A stretch of 34,820 bases of DNA, from contig JAVEBF010000069.1 of the NCBI GenBank assembly GCA_051941275.1, forward strand, positions 1-34,820. The letters are read 5' to 3'. The notes below the pieces were generated by a model. It saw only the letters and a list, made by a program, of their open reading frames with translations. It ran no database searches and was not told where the DNA came from. This document shows, piece by piece, positions 11,765 through 23,592 of this stretch. How positions within the stretch are numbered: the first letter of the stretch is position 1; every line of letters starts with the position of its first letter. The DNA comes from Dirinaria sp. TL-2023a. Its lineage: Eukaryota. Both the position numbers and the translations under genes were made by a program.

Positions 11765-13558
11765 ATGCAATGGGCAAAGCCAGTCCCACGTGTGTTGCAG
11801 ACAGCACGTAAAGCAACTAGAAAACCTGTAACCCGTTGTATACGTGATCCAAAACCTCGGCAATTCAGCAGTCGAATTAGATCATCCAGGAAGATTCCCT
11901 CAAGACAGGCGGCTCTAGGATGCCTTTTTGCTCTTGGTGCAGGGACTGTTTTCTACTCCGGTATTATAGGGATCAGTGAGCTTCACGCAGACTCACCGCC
12001 AGCGCCAGTCGACTTCACAGTCGAGAAGACCCCCAAGAGAAGTGGTCTATCGAAAGAAGACAGTCGAGACTCGATCAGCTCCCAACATGTACAGGTAAGA
12101 CGAAGCTGGGAAAATCCCGGTGTGTATTGCTGGGGATCGAACAGCGGACGCGTAGCAGCCCCAGACTCAGACGAGAATATAGTAAGGTCACCAAGGCGAA
12201 TAGAGTTCTTCGATGGCGTGCTGCTGCGAGATATGAAGCTCGATCGAGATTTTGGAGTAGCAATTCTAGAGAATGGAGACCTTTTACAGTGGGGAACTGG
12301 ATTTTCACCAAACGCACGACAGCCGGTAGCAACCCTTAAGGGTAAAGGACTTGTCGCCTGCGAAATTTCGAAAGACAGAATTATAGCGCTTTCAAAGTCT
12401 GGAAATGTCTATTCCCTTCCTGTTTCTCAAGATGAACAATCCGCCGGCCCTAAACCGGATGAGCGCTCCTGGATCCCTTTCTTTTCCAATGCCTCCCCTA
12501 TAAGCTACCGCAGACTCAACCCATCTGGCCTGTCATACTCTGAGAAGATATCTTCCATATCGTCGGGGTTAGAACATGTTCTTCTCCTTACCAACACCGG
12601 CCGGGTGTTCTGTGCCGCTTCCAGTGGGGAAGAATACCCATCTAGAGGTCAGATGGGAGTTTCTGGGCTCACTTGGACTTCTCGGCCGCCAGGTCCGTAT
12701 GACCAACCGCATGAAATAACAACTTTACGAGGATTCGAGATCACTGATGTTGCAACTGGCGACTATCACTCCCTTGCTCTTGACCGTGAAGGCCGCGTCT
12801 TCGCCTTCGGTGATAACTCAACAGGTCAATTGGGATTCGAACCTTCCGCTGATTCTCCTTTCATCGATACCCCGTCTCTCTTACCTACCCAGCGTCTATA
12901 CAGCGGCACATCTTTGTCTGCTCGGATCACCGGTATTGCAGCAGGGGGTTCTAACTCCTTCTTTACGGTCGATGCCACTCGCGTTGCAAGGCCAAATGGA
13001 GATAGTGCAGCCCCTGGTATCGGATTAGGAAGAGCCACAGCTGATACCTGGTCATGTGGCCTCGGAATATACGGCACCCTCGGTAATGGAAGATGGACCC
13101 ACGTCCAGGGCACACCCATTAAAGTCAAGGCCCTCAGCGGCCTGTATGAGTACGATGAGATTGCCAATCGAGTAGTGCCCATCCGACTCAAACGCCTGTC
13201 GGTGGGTTCAACGCAAGCCTCTGCGACAATGGACAACGTGACGCATGTGCACGCCGGCACCAGCGCAGATGCTGACAGCGAAAATGACACTAATTGGGGG
13301 GCTGATGTTCTCTGGTGGGGTGGTAATGAGTTCTGGCAGCTGGGCACGGGGAAAAGGAACAATGTCGCAGCACCGGGCTATATTGCACCCCTGGACAATG
13401 CTGCAGATGTGGCAGCTAAAGGGAAGAAGAAAGGGGAGAAGCAGCATAGGTTCCAGATCACGCCGCGGCACACTGTCACTCTACACGGGAGGGAAGTCAG
13501 TATGGAGCAGAAGGTTGAGTGTGGAAGAGGATTGAGTGCGGTGTATTCATCCGTTTGA
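11765..13558 (+). CDS. FMP25: Mitochondrial RCC1-repeat protein, FMP25-like
   Basis: Arg/Lys-rich presequence-like N-terminus from ATG 11765, a hydrophobic segment, then SWENPGVYCWGSNSG and RCC1 repeats (GLEHVLLL, GDYHSLAL..EGRVFAFGDNSTGQLG, WWGGNEFWQLGTGKR). Confidence 0.85.
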   Translation: MQWAKPVPRVLQTARKATRKPVTRCIRDPKPRQFSSRIRSSRKIPSRQAALGCLFALGAGTVFYSGIIGISELHADSPPAPVDFTVEKTPKRSGLSKEDSRDSISSQHVQVRRSWENPGVYCWGSNSGRVAAPDSDENIVRSPRRIEFFDGVLLRDMKLDRDFGVAILENGDLLQWGTGFSPNARQPVATLKGKGLVACEISKDRIIALSKSGNVYSLPVSQDEQSAGPKPDERSWIPFFSNASPISYRRLNPSGLSYSEKISSISSGLEHVLLLTNTGRVFCAASSGEEYPSRGQMGVSGLTWTSRPPGPYDQPHEITTLRGFEITDVATGDYHSLALDREGRVFAFGDNSTGQLGFEPSADSPFIDTPSLLPTQRLYSGTSLSARITGIAAGGSNSFFTVDATRVARPNGDSAAPGIGLGRATADTWSCGLGIYGTLGNGRWTHVQGTPIKVKALSGLYEYDEIANRVVPIRLKRLSVGSTQASATMDNVTHVHAGTSADADSENDTNWGADVLWWGGNEFWQLGTGKRNNVAAPGYIAPLDNAADVAAKGKKKGEKQHRFQITPRHTVTLHGREVSMEQKVECGRGLSAVYSSV

Positions 13559-14511
13559 ATAGGGAGCTGCGCACCCAACATTTGCTGATGCCAAAAGAGC
13601 CTTTTTGCATAATTCGGATTGCTTATCTTATACAAATATTGCCACCTTTTTAGGTGGCATGTTCCCTGAACAAAGTGCAGGTTCCGGGTTGAAAGCAGAA
13701 TAGTTAAGGCACTCGTCATCGAGATCGTATATTCGATGGTTTGCGCCTGCAAATATACAGTATACTTATATGTGAAGGACACCGGGATGAGTCAAGTTTG
13801 CACGGGTCGTCACTGACATACGGACCGGTTGAGAAGCGTCGGAAAGGACTGGCTTTTTCTGTAGCCATGTGGCTGTCCGCATGACAAAGGGCATCTCAGA
13901 CACCCACAGAGCTGGCTGAATACATAAGACTGCCGACTTTCCGGGCCATCTTGTGGAGAGGAAGCAGCATCTACATCTACATCTATATATCTACGTGCTC
14001 ACCACTGCCATCCCATCTACTAAGGTAGTGTCCATTTCAATCACACTGCATACACTCGGTAGTACCTACCTTGCTGTGTGCTGTCTTGGCAGGGGTCTGC
14101 TATCTACATGTAAGTCTTACCTACTTTGCGATAAGTAGCGTAGAAGGCATATCTAGGCGGGCGAAGCTATCAAGTAGGTGTATTTAGGCTTCTTCCGGAG
14201 GCGACCCCGCAACTGGAGCCGCTCGCTCCTCCCTGTGAGGCAACGAGGCTCCGGCTAACCGACCCACAGAGTAAAGACAAATTTCACACCTTTTACACCT
14301 TGGGGAGGTACGAGTACATCCATTGAACCAGATTTCCTACAGAATCGATTCATGGACGATCACCCCAATGGTTTGACACTTGTTACGGTTCCATGAAGCT
14401 GAAGGCTGACCATCGACAAACCTCCCATCGGCCTCCGCAGTTGTCCTGCTACTTCTGGCCTTATCAGCCTCGTAGTAGCGCTCTAGTAGGGCACCTCCGC
14501 CCATCACTGCA

Positions 14512-15881
14512 ATGAATCCCTTAGGACAAGCAAAGCCTCAGATCCAACCATGCCGTTACAAGACCGGAAAGACATTGGGAGCGGGCTCATATTCAGTGGT
14601 CAAGGAATGTGTACATATCGACACTGGCAGATACTACGCGGCCAAGGTGATCAACAAGAGAATGATGCAGGGAAGAGAGCACATGGTGCGATAGTCTCGG
14701 CGACAGGCTTCTAATGCCACAAAGCAGCAGCTGACGCTAGGGACGGCAGGTCCGGAACGAAATCGCGGTGTTGAAGAAGGTCTCAATGGGCCATCAGAAC
14801 ATCCTGACCCTCGTTGATTACTTTGAGACCATGAACAACCGTACGTCTCTCCCCGTCCATAGGTTCTATCGGCTCTGGAACACATGTTGATGCCTGTTTC
14901 CGGAATCGCAGTATACCTCGTAACAGACCTCGCCCTCGGAGGGGAGTTGTTCGACCGTATTTGCAGGAAAGGCAGCTATTATGAGTCGGATGCCGCAGAC
15001 CTTATTCGCGCAACTCTTTCCGCTGTCGCATATCTCCATGACCATGGCATAGTGCACCGAGATCTGAAGCCGGAAAACTTACTCTTCCGAACTCCGGAAG
15101 ACAATGCCGATCTTCTCATCGCGGATTTTGGCCTGTCGAGAATCATGGATGAAGAAGCATTCCACGTTCTCACAACAACCTGTGGCACACCTGGCTATAT
15201 GGCTCCCGAGATATTCAAGAAAACCGGTCATGGGAAGCCTGTGTTAGTGCTCCTCTCTTCGTTTATCCAGCATGAAAGAGCTAACGTGGGGGTTTTAGAG
15301 ACGTATGGGCCATCGGTGTCATCACGTACTTTCTTCTCTGCGGGTACACGCCATTCGATCGCGACTCCAACTTGGAAGAGATGCAGGCTATTCTTGTGGC
15401 TGACTACTCATTCACCCCTATTGAATACTGGCGAGACGTATCCTTGGCAGCAAGACAGTTTATCAAACGTTGTCTAACCATTGACCCCACGGCTCGGATG
15501 ACGGCTCACGAAGCGCTTTCACATTCTTTTGTTGCGGAGCCCCGCGGTCAAGGTGCGGAGGAAGGGGAAGGCGCAGATTTACTACCAATCATTAAGAAGA
15601 ACTTCAACGCCAGAAGGACGTTACACGCAGCCATCGATACTGTTCGAGCCATCAACAAACTTCGAGAAGGCGGCGCCGCTGGCATGATGGACGGCATACT
15701 CAGCAAAGATCCAAAGAGGGAAGACAAAAAAGCAGTGGCTGAAAGCGATGACCGGATGGAAATTGACAGCCGGGGGAATGCACGAGGTCAGACGGAAGAG
15801 CAGATTCGTGCTCAAGAGCGACGCGTCCAGGAGACGAGTAGGGGCTTGTGGGCAGGTGCGAGGATCAAACAGGAGCAATGA
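14512..15881 (+). CDS. cmkB: Calcium/calmodulin-dependent protein kinase, CmkB/Cmk1 type; exons 14512-14685, 14750-14840, 14912-15242, 15299-15881
   Basis: QPCRYKTGKTLGAGSYSVVKEC, HRDLKPEN, DFG, TTTCGTPGYMAPE and the CaM-binding segment FNARRTLHAAIDTVRAINKL; three GT-AG introns give a continuous frame. Confidence 0.92.
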
Positions 15882-17062
15882 CACATCGAATCTAAGCGGA
15901 GAAATGCTCGATGGCTTTTGGACAGGTATACTCATACGGCTTTCGGAAGGTGCGATGCATTGCAGGGGGATGGGATCAGTGTAGGTTCGAGGTGGGCCGG
16001 CTACCTCCTTTACCTCATTCGCGTGTCTGCTCATCAGTGCTCAAAAGAGCGACTCTGGATACAGTATCCTAGACTCTATGGGCCCTATTTTTTTTCTTTT
16101 ACATATCTTTCTTATTCGTTTCACAGTGAGACGTCTCTGATTCGGCGTCTTTTACCTGAACTGAAGCCGGTGTCAAAATGGATTTAACTAGAAGGTCGGA
16201 GCGACCTTCAAATCAAGCTGACGGGTGATGAAAAGATTTATGTGCGCAACCCGAGTAAGAGGGATCCTCAAGAGACTTGGTGACTTGTTCATCTTCGTTG
16301 CAGCGATCTCAACGCTTACTAAAGGAGATCGTTGCTATGATTTACATGTAGGTATTGCAGATATCAGAAATGAATCCCAATTGCCCCGAATATTAAGCCA
16401 TCTCAACCGCATAACAGTCAAGCTAGTAAGATGCAGATACCTTAGCATTCCCTCGCATGGAATGCTTGACCGGAAATAGCCAGGGTACATGTAGTCAGCC
16501 AGTTCTTTGGGCTCAGGCATATCATTACTTTACGGAAAAGTGAAAGGTGATGGAGCTTGACTGACCGCTTGGTCTACTACTTACCTTTTCCATCCCATCC
16601 AAGGTACCTTAAGGTAGTGAATGGAAAGATGCTGCTACTACTGATGACATCTCGATCCAGTCCGGCGCTTTGTTCCGATCACGACCACCCAGTATATGCC
16701 TGTTCATGAGTGGTATTGGGATATGGGATGGCATGATCTTGATCCGCTGTGGGTTCCAAAGTGAGGTCGGTCTCCCTTTTCTCTGCTCATTCACTGCTCC
16801 AGCCCGGCAATCACATTAGGAAAGAGGAAAAGTACTGTTACTATGACGCGCCGGCCATCAACGCGCGGTTGATCTTAGGCAGAGGCACATGAATCAACTG
16901 CAACAGTCGCCACTATTTAACCGTGTCTTGCACTCATTCCCCCCTCCTTTTTCCTTCACCATCCATCTACCTTTCACCACACTCGCCACCTTTGACTCCA
17001 TCTCTCTTCCCCAACTAATCTAGACTCACTCTGCAAACCAAATCATCACCAAATCGGACAAT

Positions 17063-18434
17063 ATGAAGCTCGCCGCAACTGTCTTCATCGCCATCGCTGT
17101 CCTCGGCGCCGAGGTGGTTTTGGCCGTCCCCGCCGCTGTTGAGCACGAAGTGAGTCTACTTTCAGCATCCAGATCAAGCTCCTATCCAAACACTAACAAG
17201 ACCCCCATCTGCTACTAGAACTCTCCGACCGTTGCTGGCCGTGAGGTGCACCCTGGTGCCAAAGGCTTCACAGGTGGGCGTAAAGACGCCGCTGCTTTCC
17301 ATCACGGTCCTGAAGCTGATGATCATGGGCCTTCTGTAAGTCATGTTATTCTACACTCCACACACTTCTCCTTCCAAGTAAATGCCAAACCTTATCAAAG
17401 ACTTGCTTGTCTCCAGCTGCGACTTCCCTAAAAGAAGTTCATTCTCCCCACGAAGAAACATGTTGCTGACATCCATAATTGTCCAAGGGGACGGAGGGTG
17501 TTACTTCTGTGACCGTCTATCATCCGCATCCGCAGGGACCGCCGCCGCCAGGTTTCACTCCAAAATCGTTCGATAATGCTCATTCTCAGGGACCGCCGCC
17601 GCCAGGTGCCGCTCCAAACTCGTTTAACCATGATCATCCGCCAGGGCCACCACCTCCAGGTGCCACTCCGAAATCGCTCGATCATGATCATCCCCAGGGA
17701 CCGCCGCCGCCAGGTTCCGCTCCAAAATCGTTCGACCATGATCATCCTCAGGGACCGCCGCCATCAGGTGCTACTTCTGTGGCCCTCTACCGTCGTCCGC
17801 TAATCCCGCCACCGGCAGGCATCCCCCCAAAATCGATCGGCCATGGATTCCTAGATGCCAAAGCCAAGCGGACTCTCGTCACCGTCGCGTCCGGCGATCA
17901 AGCGACCGATAACGAGCCCTCCAAAGGTGCTGTAGGGTTCATGGGTGCGAAGATCAAGGACCTCCGGATGGCTATTCGCGCCGCGGAGCCGACTCCTGCT
18001 CCGGTGCTCGATGACCGCGAGACCCCCTGTGTGGCTGAGAACGACTGCGGTGCGAAGTCTTCTCCGGCGCCAGTAAGTTTTTTCTATCTATCTAGATATT
18101 CATCTCTCCATCCCATCCACCCCCCTCCTCCCCTCTCTGTCTTCCTTTTCGCTGCCAATACACCAAAACAAAAAAATCCAACAGCATACTGACCTCTTGC
18201 TTTAAATAGTCCTCGACCTCGGCCCCTCCGCCGTCTACAAGCTCATCGTCGGGGCCCGCGACCCCAGACACGACCCCGGCCACTACTACGTTGGCCAACG
18301 CCTTGACGCCCGTACCCAGCTTGGGATGGGGCAGCGAGGTCCCCGCGCCGGCTCCGGCGTTGTCGTGCTGGGAAGCGAGGGACGGCCAGGTCCGCTGCGT
18401 GCCTTATGGCGATCCTCAGCCTACTTCCGCTTAG
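17063..18434 (+). CDS. Orphan secreted Pro/His-rich repeat protein; predicted exons 17063-17149, 17219-17335, 17488-18072, 18210-18434
   Basis: Signal-peptide-like MKLAATVFIAIAVLGAEVVLAVPA. Donors GTGAGT, GTAAGT, GTAAGT with CTAAC/CTGAC branch sites, all phase 0. Internal 18-aa repeats, a Ser/Thr/Pro-rich region and a C-terminal CWEARDGQVRC. A TATTTAA box and CT-rich leader lie upstream. A micro-exon inside intron 2 cannot be excluded. Confidence 0.78.
17527..17778 (+). repeat. 54-bp coding tandem repeat, four full copies plus one partial, encoding HPQGPPPPGxxPKSFDHD
   Basis: Units start at 17527, 17581, 17635, 17689 and 17743, exactly 54 nt apart. Confidence 0.93.
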
Positions 18435-18764
18435 CTTTAAGCAACTTCTTGTTTTTCCCCCCCTGGTTCTGTCCTTTTTCGCTTTTTTTTTTTTCCTTGC
18501 TTTAATTTTCATCCAAGGAAAGGCGATGCGGGATGGATTTTGAGGGGAAAAATTATGGTGTTGGGTGGCGAACTCTGGGAATCGAATGGGGGTATGGAAC
18601 CACGAACCGTGCTTGATAGGGAAATGCGTGGTTTGCAGACTGCTTTTTAGCTGAAGTAGAATAACTGGAATTCAAGCTGAACTTTTTCTCTGCAAAGTCG
18701 TTGTGCTCCCTTTTTTTTCTCTTTTGGCCTTTTGGCTTTTTCAATGCTTGCTCTTGAAAGATTG

Positions 18765-21556
18765 CTAGATACTACCGCTACGACTCACACTTCGACTACG
18801 ACTGACACTTCCCGCATCCCCTGCGCCAAAGGACTCCAGTCTCCCAACATTGAACACACCGGCGCTCCACTCGGCAAACATATCCGGATCCCACACCTCG
18901 TCCTCCCGGCCTTTCCCCTTCTTGCTCGGCGGCTTCCCGCTCGATCGCTTCTCCGCCGTGAACACGTCGTAGAACGACTCGTAATTCTGCACCACCTGCT
19001 CCTGCACCGACGCCACCAGCGTCTCCTTCGTGCGGGGATCGTCGAGGTACTCGTCCAACTTGCGCCGCAGCAGGGGCACCTCCTTCTCCGCCGACTGCTG
19101 CACCTGCTGCACCGCCTGCAGCGCATCGAAGCCTTTCTTTTTCGCGGCGGCAGGCGCGCTGACGGAATCCGTGATCCGGGCGGCGCATTGGTCGATGAAG
19201 CGGTTGATGATGGTGCGCAGGCGGCCGTCCAGCTCGGCTTTGGCGTCGAGCATGTTTTCCACGACTTTCGGCAGCAGGGCACCGGCGCCGCCGCCGCTGC
19301 TCATGAATTTCCACAAGTTACGTGGGTCGAAGAGCCCGCCGCGTTCGCGCAGCTCCCAGAACGTGTTCGTCACCCCTGAAAAATCGAAGGAGATGTCCGG
19401 GGTCACGTACTCGATGTCGAAGGCGACAATTTGCTGTTTGAGGATTAGAAGGTGCTTGATTAGGAAGAGCTGTCCGTCGGTGGGGGTTGCTTTTGCGGAG
19501 ATCAGGGTGGAGGCATGGTGTAGCGAGAGAGTGGTTTGGTGGACGATTTGATGGGCGAGGTCGTCGAAGACGGTGGACTAGGAAGAGCTTTTTTCAGACT
19601 TGGGGGGATTGCCGCGCAAATTGGTGGCTTTACTTACATTGACGAGCTTGTAGATACGGCTGAGGAGCCAGATCGCTTTCCGGAGCGTAGGGTACCATCC
19701 TTGAACGGCCGCCTCTGTGTCAAAGCCCCAGATACCGTTGGGCAAGTCGCCTTCGTCGACAACCTGGGGCTCCTTAGGCGCTGGTATCTTCGGATCTGCG
19801 ATAGAGCTTTTACGGCCTGAGGTGACCGGCCCTTGCGGTTTGGTGCCTGAAAGGGAGGCCCGTCGGTTGCGGGAAGGGTAATCCAGGACGTCGGGTTTGG
19901 GCTTATACCTCTCAATGTCATCTCGAACAATCCCCTGAGCAAGGAAGACTAGCCGCGTCTGAGCATCTTCAAGCGCTGACTGGATTAAGACTGAGAAGTC
20001 CAGCTGATTTGGCTCGACCTCGTCAAGCTCATCTTCGGGATCGTGCATGTATCGGGTTTGGATCAAGGTGCAAAGCTCGCAAAGCTTGAATAGCTGGTTC
20101 TCGTGGATGATACGCGGTCGAAGATGGTCGTATAACGGCTCACAAACCGACTCGAGAAAATCGTAAAGCCCGTCCTCACCTTCAAACCATTCGCGCCAGA
20201 GCTCGTATTCATCGGAGCACACGCCTCTTATGTGGCCGATGCTACTTCGCGCAAAAGAAACTAGTTCCTTCGAAGTGCTTGGTGCCATTGCTATTTCTCC
20301 AATTTTTTTTCTGCTTAAGGGTATTACAAGCCTACCTCGAGTGGCAGAGTAGCTCGTATAGAGCTCGTTCATCAGGCTCTGATATTCAGCTTCAGCACCT
20401 GGCGCAGCACCAGCGGAGACTACTGAGCGTTTCCGAATCTCTTGAGCAACCGCTTTCAATTCAGAGGCGCCAACACGGAATTTAGCGTATAGTAGCGCAG
20501 ACATGGTGGTGTCGTTCAACTGACGGTCGGCAATACGCCGCGATACATCGGAAGCAATTTCACGTAGTGCTCCAACAAAATGTACTCTGATCAGCGTCAA
20601 GCCTCGTGTCATGAGCAGACGGTAGCGGGAGCGGTATGTCGCTGCTTCACGGTGCGAGGGCTACCGTCATTAGAGCGTGTCGACGGAGTCTGGGGAGCTT
20701 ACCCACATGGGATGTCATGTATTCCAGGCACTCGTCTAGCCTCGAAAGCATTCCCGAGAATTCGGTACTTCTGACGAAGGCCCCAGCTCCAGGGGCGTTC
20801 AGCCGTTTAGTGACAGGTCCTAGATAGCTGTAGTACTTGAGATTTCGATCGAGATCGTCGGCCAGGCCTGTAATGCGCTCCTGCTCCTTTAGGATACCCT
20901 CGCATTGCTGCTGGAAATTCGTCGTCTGGTCCTGAACAGCTTTGAACGACGCGGATAGGGAGGAAAGGAGCTGCAGGGTCGAGTTCGTGTCCGAGAGGAT
21001 AGAATCGATGTGTGATTTGGTGAGCTCCAGTTGCTTCTGATAGGCGCTACAGATCGGTGTTGATTAATGATAGGAACAAAGCCCGCTATGCAAGTAGACG
21101 TACGTGTATTCGTCGTGGCTTGCGTCGATTAGCCCATTTTCCACGTCCCGATACCAATCTTCAAAGTCCAACTCGTTTTTTATCCCTCTTTCTCCCTCAT
21201 CATTGTCTTCTTCTTTGGACTGGCTTGAAAGCCTACGACTTTTCTTCTCCTTTTGTCCAAGAACAGCGTGGACCGCATAATGGAAGTCACTATAAGATTG
21301 ACTACGCCGTGCTACGGTGGCCTTTGGGGGGCTAATTGACTGCAACACCTCCTGAATTTCTCCATGACCATCTAATAGACCGAAGTCAGCCTGAACGTCC
21401 TCCTATAGAGCGCATCAGACAATATTCGAAAATGGCCCATCCAGGTCTTACGTCGGGCTGCTTCGGTAACGACTGCTTTCTTTTATGCTTGAGCTTTGAA
21501 GACCTCTCCTCTTGGGCGTTAGAGTTGAAGCTATAAAATGAAGCATCGTCGTACAT
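18765..21556 (-). CDS. COG3: Conserved oligomeric Golgi complex subunit 3 (Sec34), multi-exon
   Basis: Start MYDDASFYSF...KRKQSLPKQP, RRSQSYSDF, RLDECLEYM..HP..REA..YRSRYRLLMTRGLTLIR, LLYAKFR, WYPTLRKAIWLLSRIY, AKAELDGRLR. About four introns; the acceptor of the first is uncertain. Confidence 0.9.
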
Positions 21557-21763
21557 GATTAGGATTCTCTTGACTGGCGATCATGCATCCGCTCACTCCG
21601 TTTCTGAGAATCACTGAACGGTCATCAGCTGCTGTCCGTTGGGTGCAAACAGGGCAAACACAATAATTTCGCCGAACATTTGCCGAGTGGATATGATTTG
21701 GATTCTATGATGCCAAACTCAAGTAGTAGGCGCTCTTCACCTCTTCGCGCAAGTTCGTCCGTG

Positions 21764-22973
21764 ATGATAGCCCGGCAAAGCTTGAGGAGACAGAGTAGGA
21801 ACCTCGATTGTTTCACAGTCGCTTGTCCTAGACGGGTGACATCTCCCTTCTCCATTGGAACCTCCGACATAGCATTAAGCCGCATCAATCGAGCACTGCC
21901 AATCCAGTCATGGAGGAGAGGTTTAGCCTACGCTGCAGATCCAAATCATGGAACACTACAAAACTCAATCCCACAAACACACTCTGCCGAGCCTTCGCAA
22001 CAAAGTCGGGCAGATAAGGATGTACCGCTGGTCGAAGATGGAAACCAAACAACGACAGACCCTCTCAAAGATGAGACAACGGAAATGTCAGATGCAGAAA
22101 TACTAGATATTCGGCATCGACAAGGTACGCTACATTCTACTCTATGATTCTACAGAAGATATTGAAGCTTATTTTTATACAGCCAAGGGACGGCAAATTG
22201 GTACTCGAGTTGGCGAGTTCTATACCCCTCAATCACTCCTCATTCACCCCCCTAGACCGGAAGCTGTAACCCTCGAACTACTCCTCGCCTCGCAGTCACA
22301 TCTTGGTCATTCGACTTCGCTGTGGAACCCGATGAACGCACGCTACATCTATGGAATACGTCAAGGAATCCATATCATTTCCCTTGACGTGACAGCTGCA
22401 CACCTACGGCGCGCATGCCGCGTCGTCTCCGGAATTGCTGAAAGAGGAGGTCTGATTCTATTCGCCGGCACACGAAAAGGCCAGGATAGATGCGTCGTCA
22501 ATGCTGCAAAGATGGCGAAGGGCTACCACCTCTTCGACCCATGGGTACCTGGCGCTCTGACTAACGCACACGAAATACTCAAGAAATGCCAGTTGAAAGT
22601 CGTCGACGAATTTGACCGAGACATTCCGGGCCATGAGGAAAATCTGGCACATATGCCGCCTTTAAAACCCGACCTGGTCATCTGTTTGAATCCATTAGAA
22701 AACTGGACATTGCTTCACGAATGCGGCATCAATACGGTACCTACCATAGGTATCATAGACACAGACGCCAACCCTACATGGGTTACGTACCCAATTCCGG
22801 CGAATGATGACAGTTTGAGATGCGTCCAGCTTATTGCTGGCGTTTTGGGGCGGGCAGCACAGCAAGGGAACAGAGAAAGGTTCCAGATGGCGCTCAGGGG
22901 GGAGGTTTTGTATACAGCGACTCAGCTAGGACAGCCGAGAACGAAAGACACTGTGTCTAAGGAAGCAGGCTGA
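21764..22973 (+). CDS. MRP4: Mitochondrial ribosomal small-subunit protein uS2m; exons 21764-22124 and 22183-22973
   Basis: Presequence-like MIARQSLRRQ, then TLELLLASQSHLGHSTSLWNPMNARYIYGIRQGIHIISL and PTIGIIDTDANPTWVTYPIPANDDS (ribosomal S2 signature). The start codon is inferred. Confidence 0.9.
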
Positions 22974-23592
22974 GCAATACACTCGTATTGTAAACTCTGT
23001 CTGCATAATTGAACTTATGGATATCCTTTCTTATTTCTTGTCCTTTACAATGAACATGCTCTTCTCGCCCTCTGTGATGGATGAGGACACCAAAACTTTT
23101 GAAAGCTTTACATATGTACACTTGGAAGCCGAAGTCCGGAATAGAAATTATAGCAAGTGTTGAGCCAATGAATTGATTATTCACTTATCAACGCAGATTT
23201 ATCAAAGTACCTTCCTCCCTTTCTAGAAGTTCAGGGTCTCTTGAGGGTCCTTGCTCCCTGCAGCCTCCCGCGTGCAGCGCATCGTCATATTATTTTTTTG
23301 AAACTTTTGAACCCCCCACAAGCAAAATCCCATATCAGTGCAGCTCGACATTCGGATCGCCTTCGCTGATTTGTGCAAGACTTTCTCTATTCTCTGCAGT
23401 ATGTCAAACAACATGCTATAGCTATCAAAGCTATATCGCTCTGCAAACAACGACCGATTTTTAATCACCTCAGTCATCACACATATTTACTGCCACTATT
23501 TTCGCGTCTTGACTTCAGATGGGCGCGTAAGGCAACCGTTGTTGAAGATCCCCGAGCAGTGCCTCCTCGGCGGATCTTAGGACTACGCAATC

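Noticed and set aside
11765..15881. FMP25 and the CaM kinase as members of the PKS cluster
   Set aside because: Both are conserved housekeeping genes with no biosynthetic link; they more likely mark the right border of the cluster.
15882..17062. Short ORFs in the long gap between the kinase and the secreted gene
   Set aside because: No recognisable domains, splice pattern or transposon hallmarks; treated as UTR and promoter DNA.
17527..17778. Repeat protein as a dikaritin/KEP RiPP precursor, or the repeat as a CRISPR-like array
   Set aside because: The repeats are not separated by KR/RR Kex2 sites, no DUF3328-type or other tailoring gene is adjacent, and the units are contiguous coding repeats without spacers.
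18732..19551. Several long overlapping ORFs on both strands
   Set aside because: Shadow ORFs caused by the GC-rich codon usage of the last COG3 exon.
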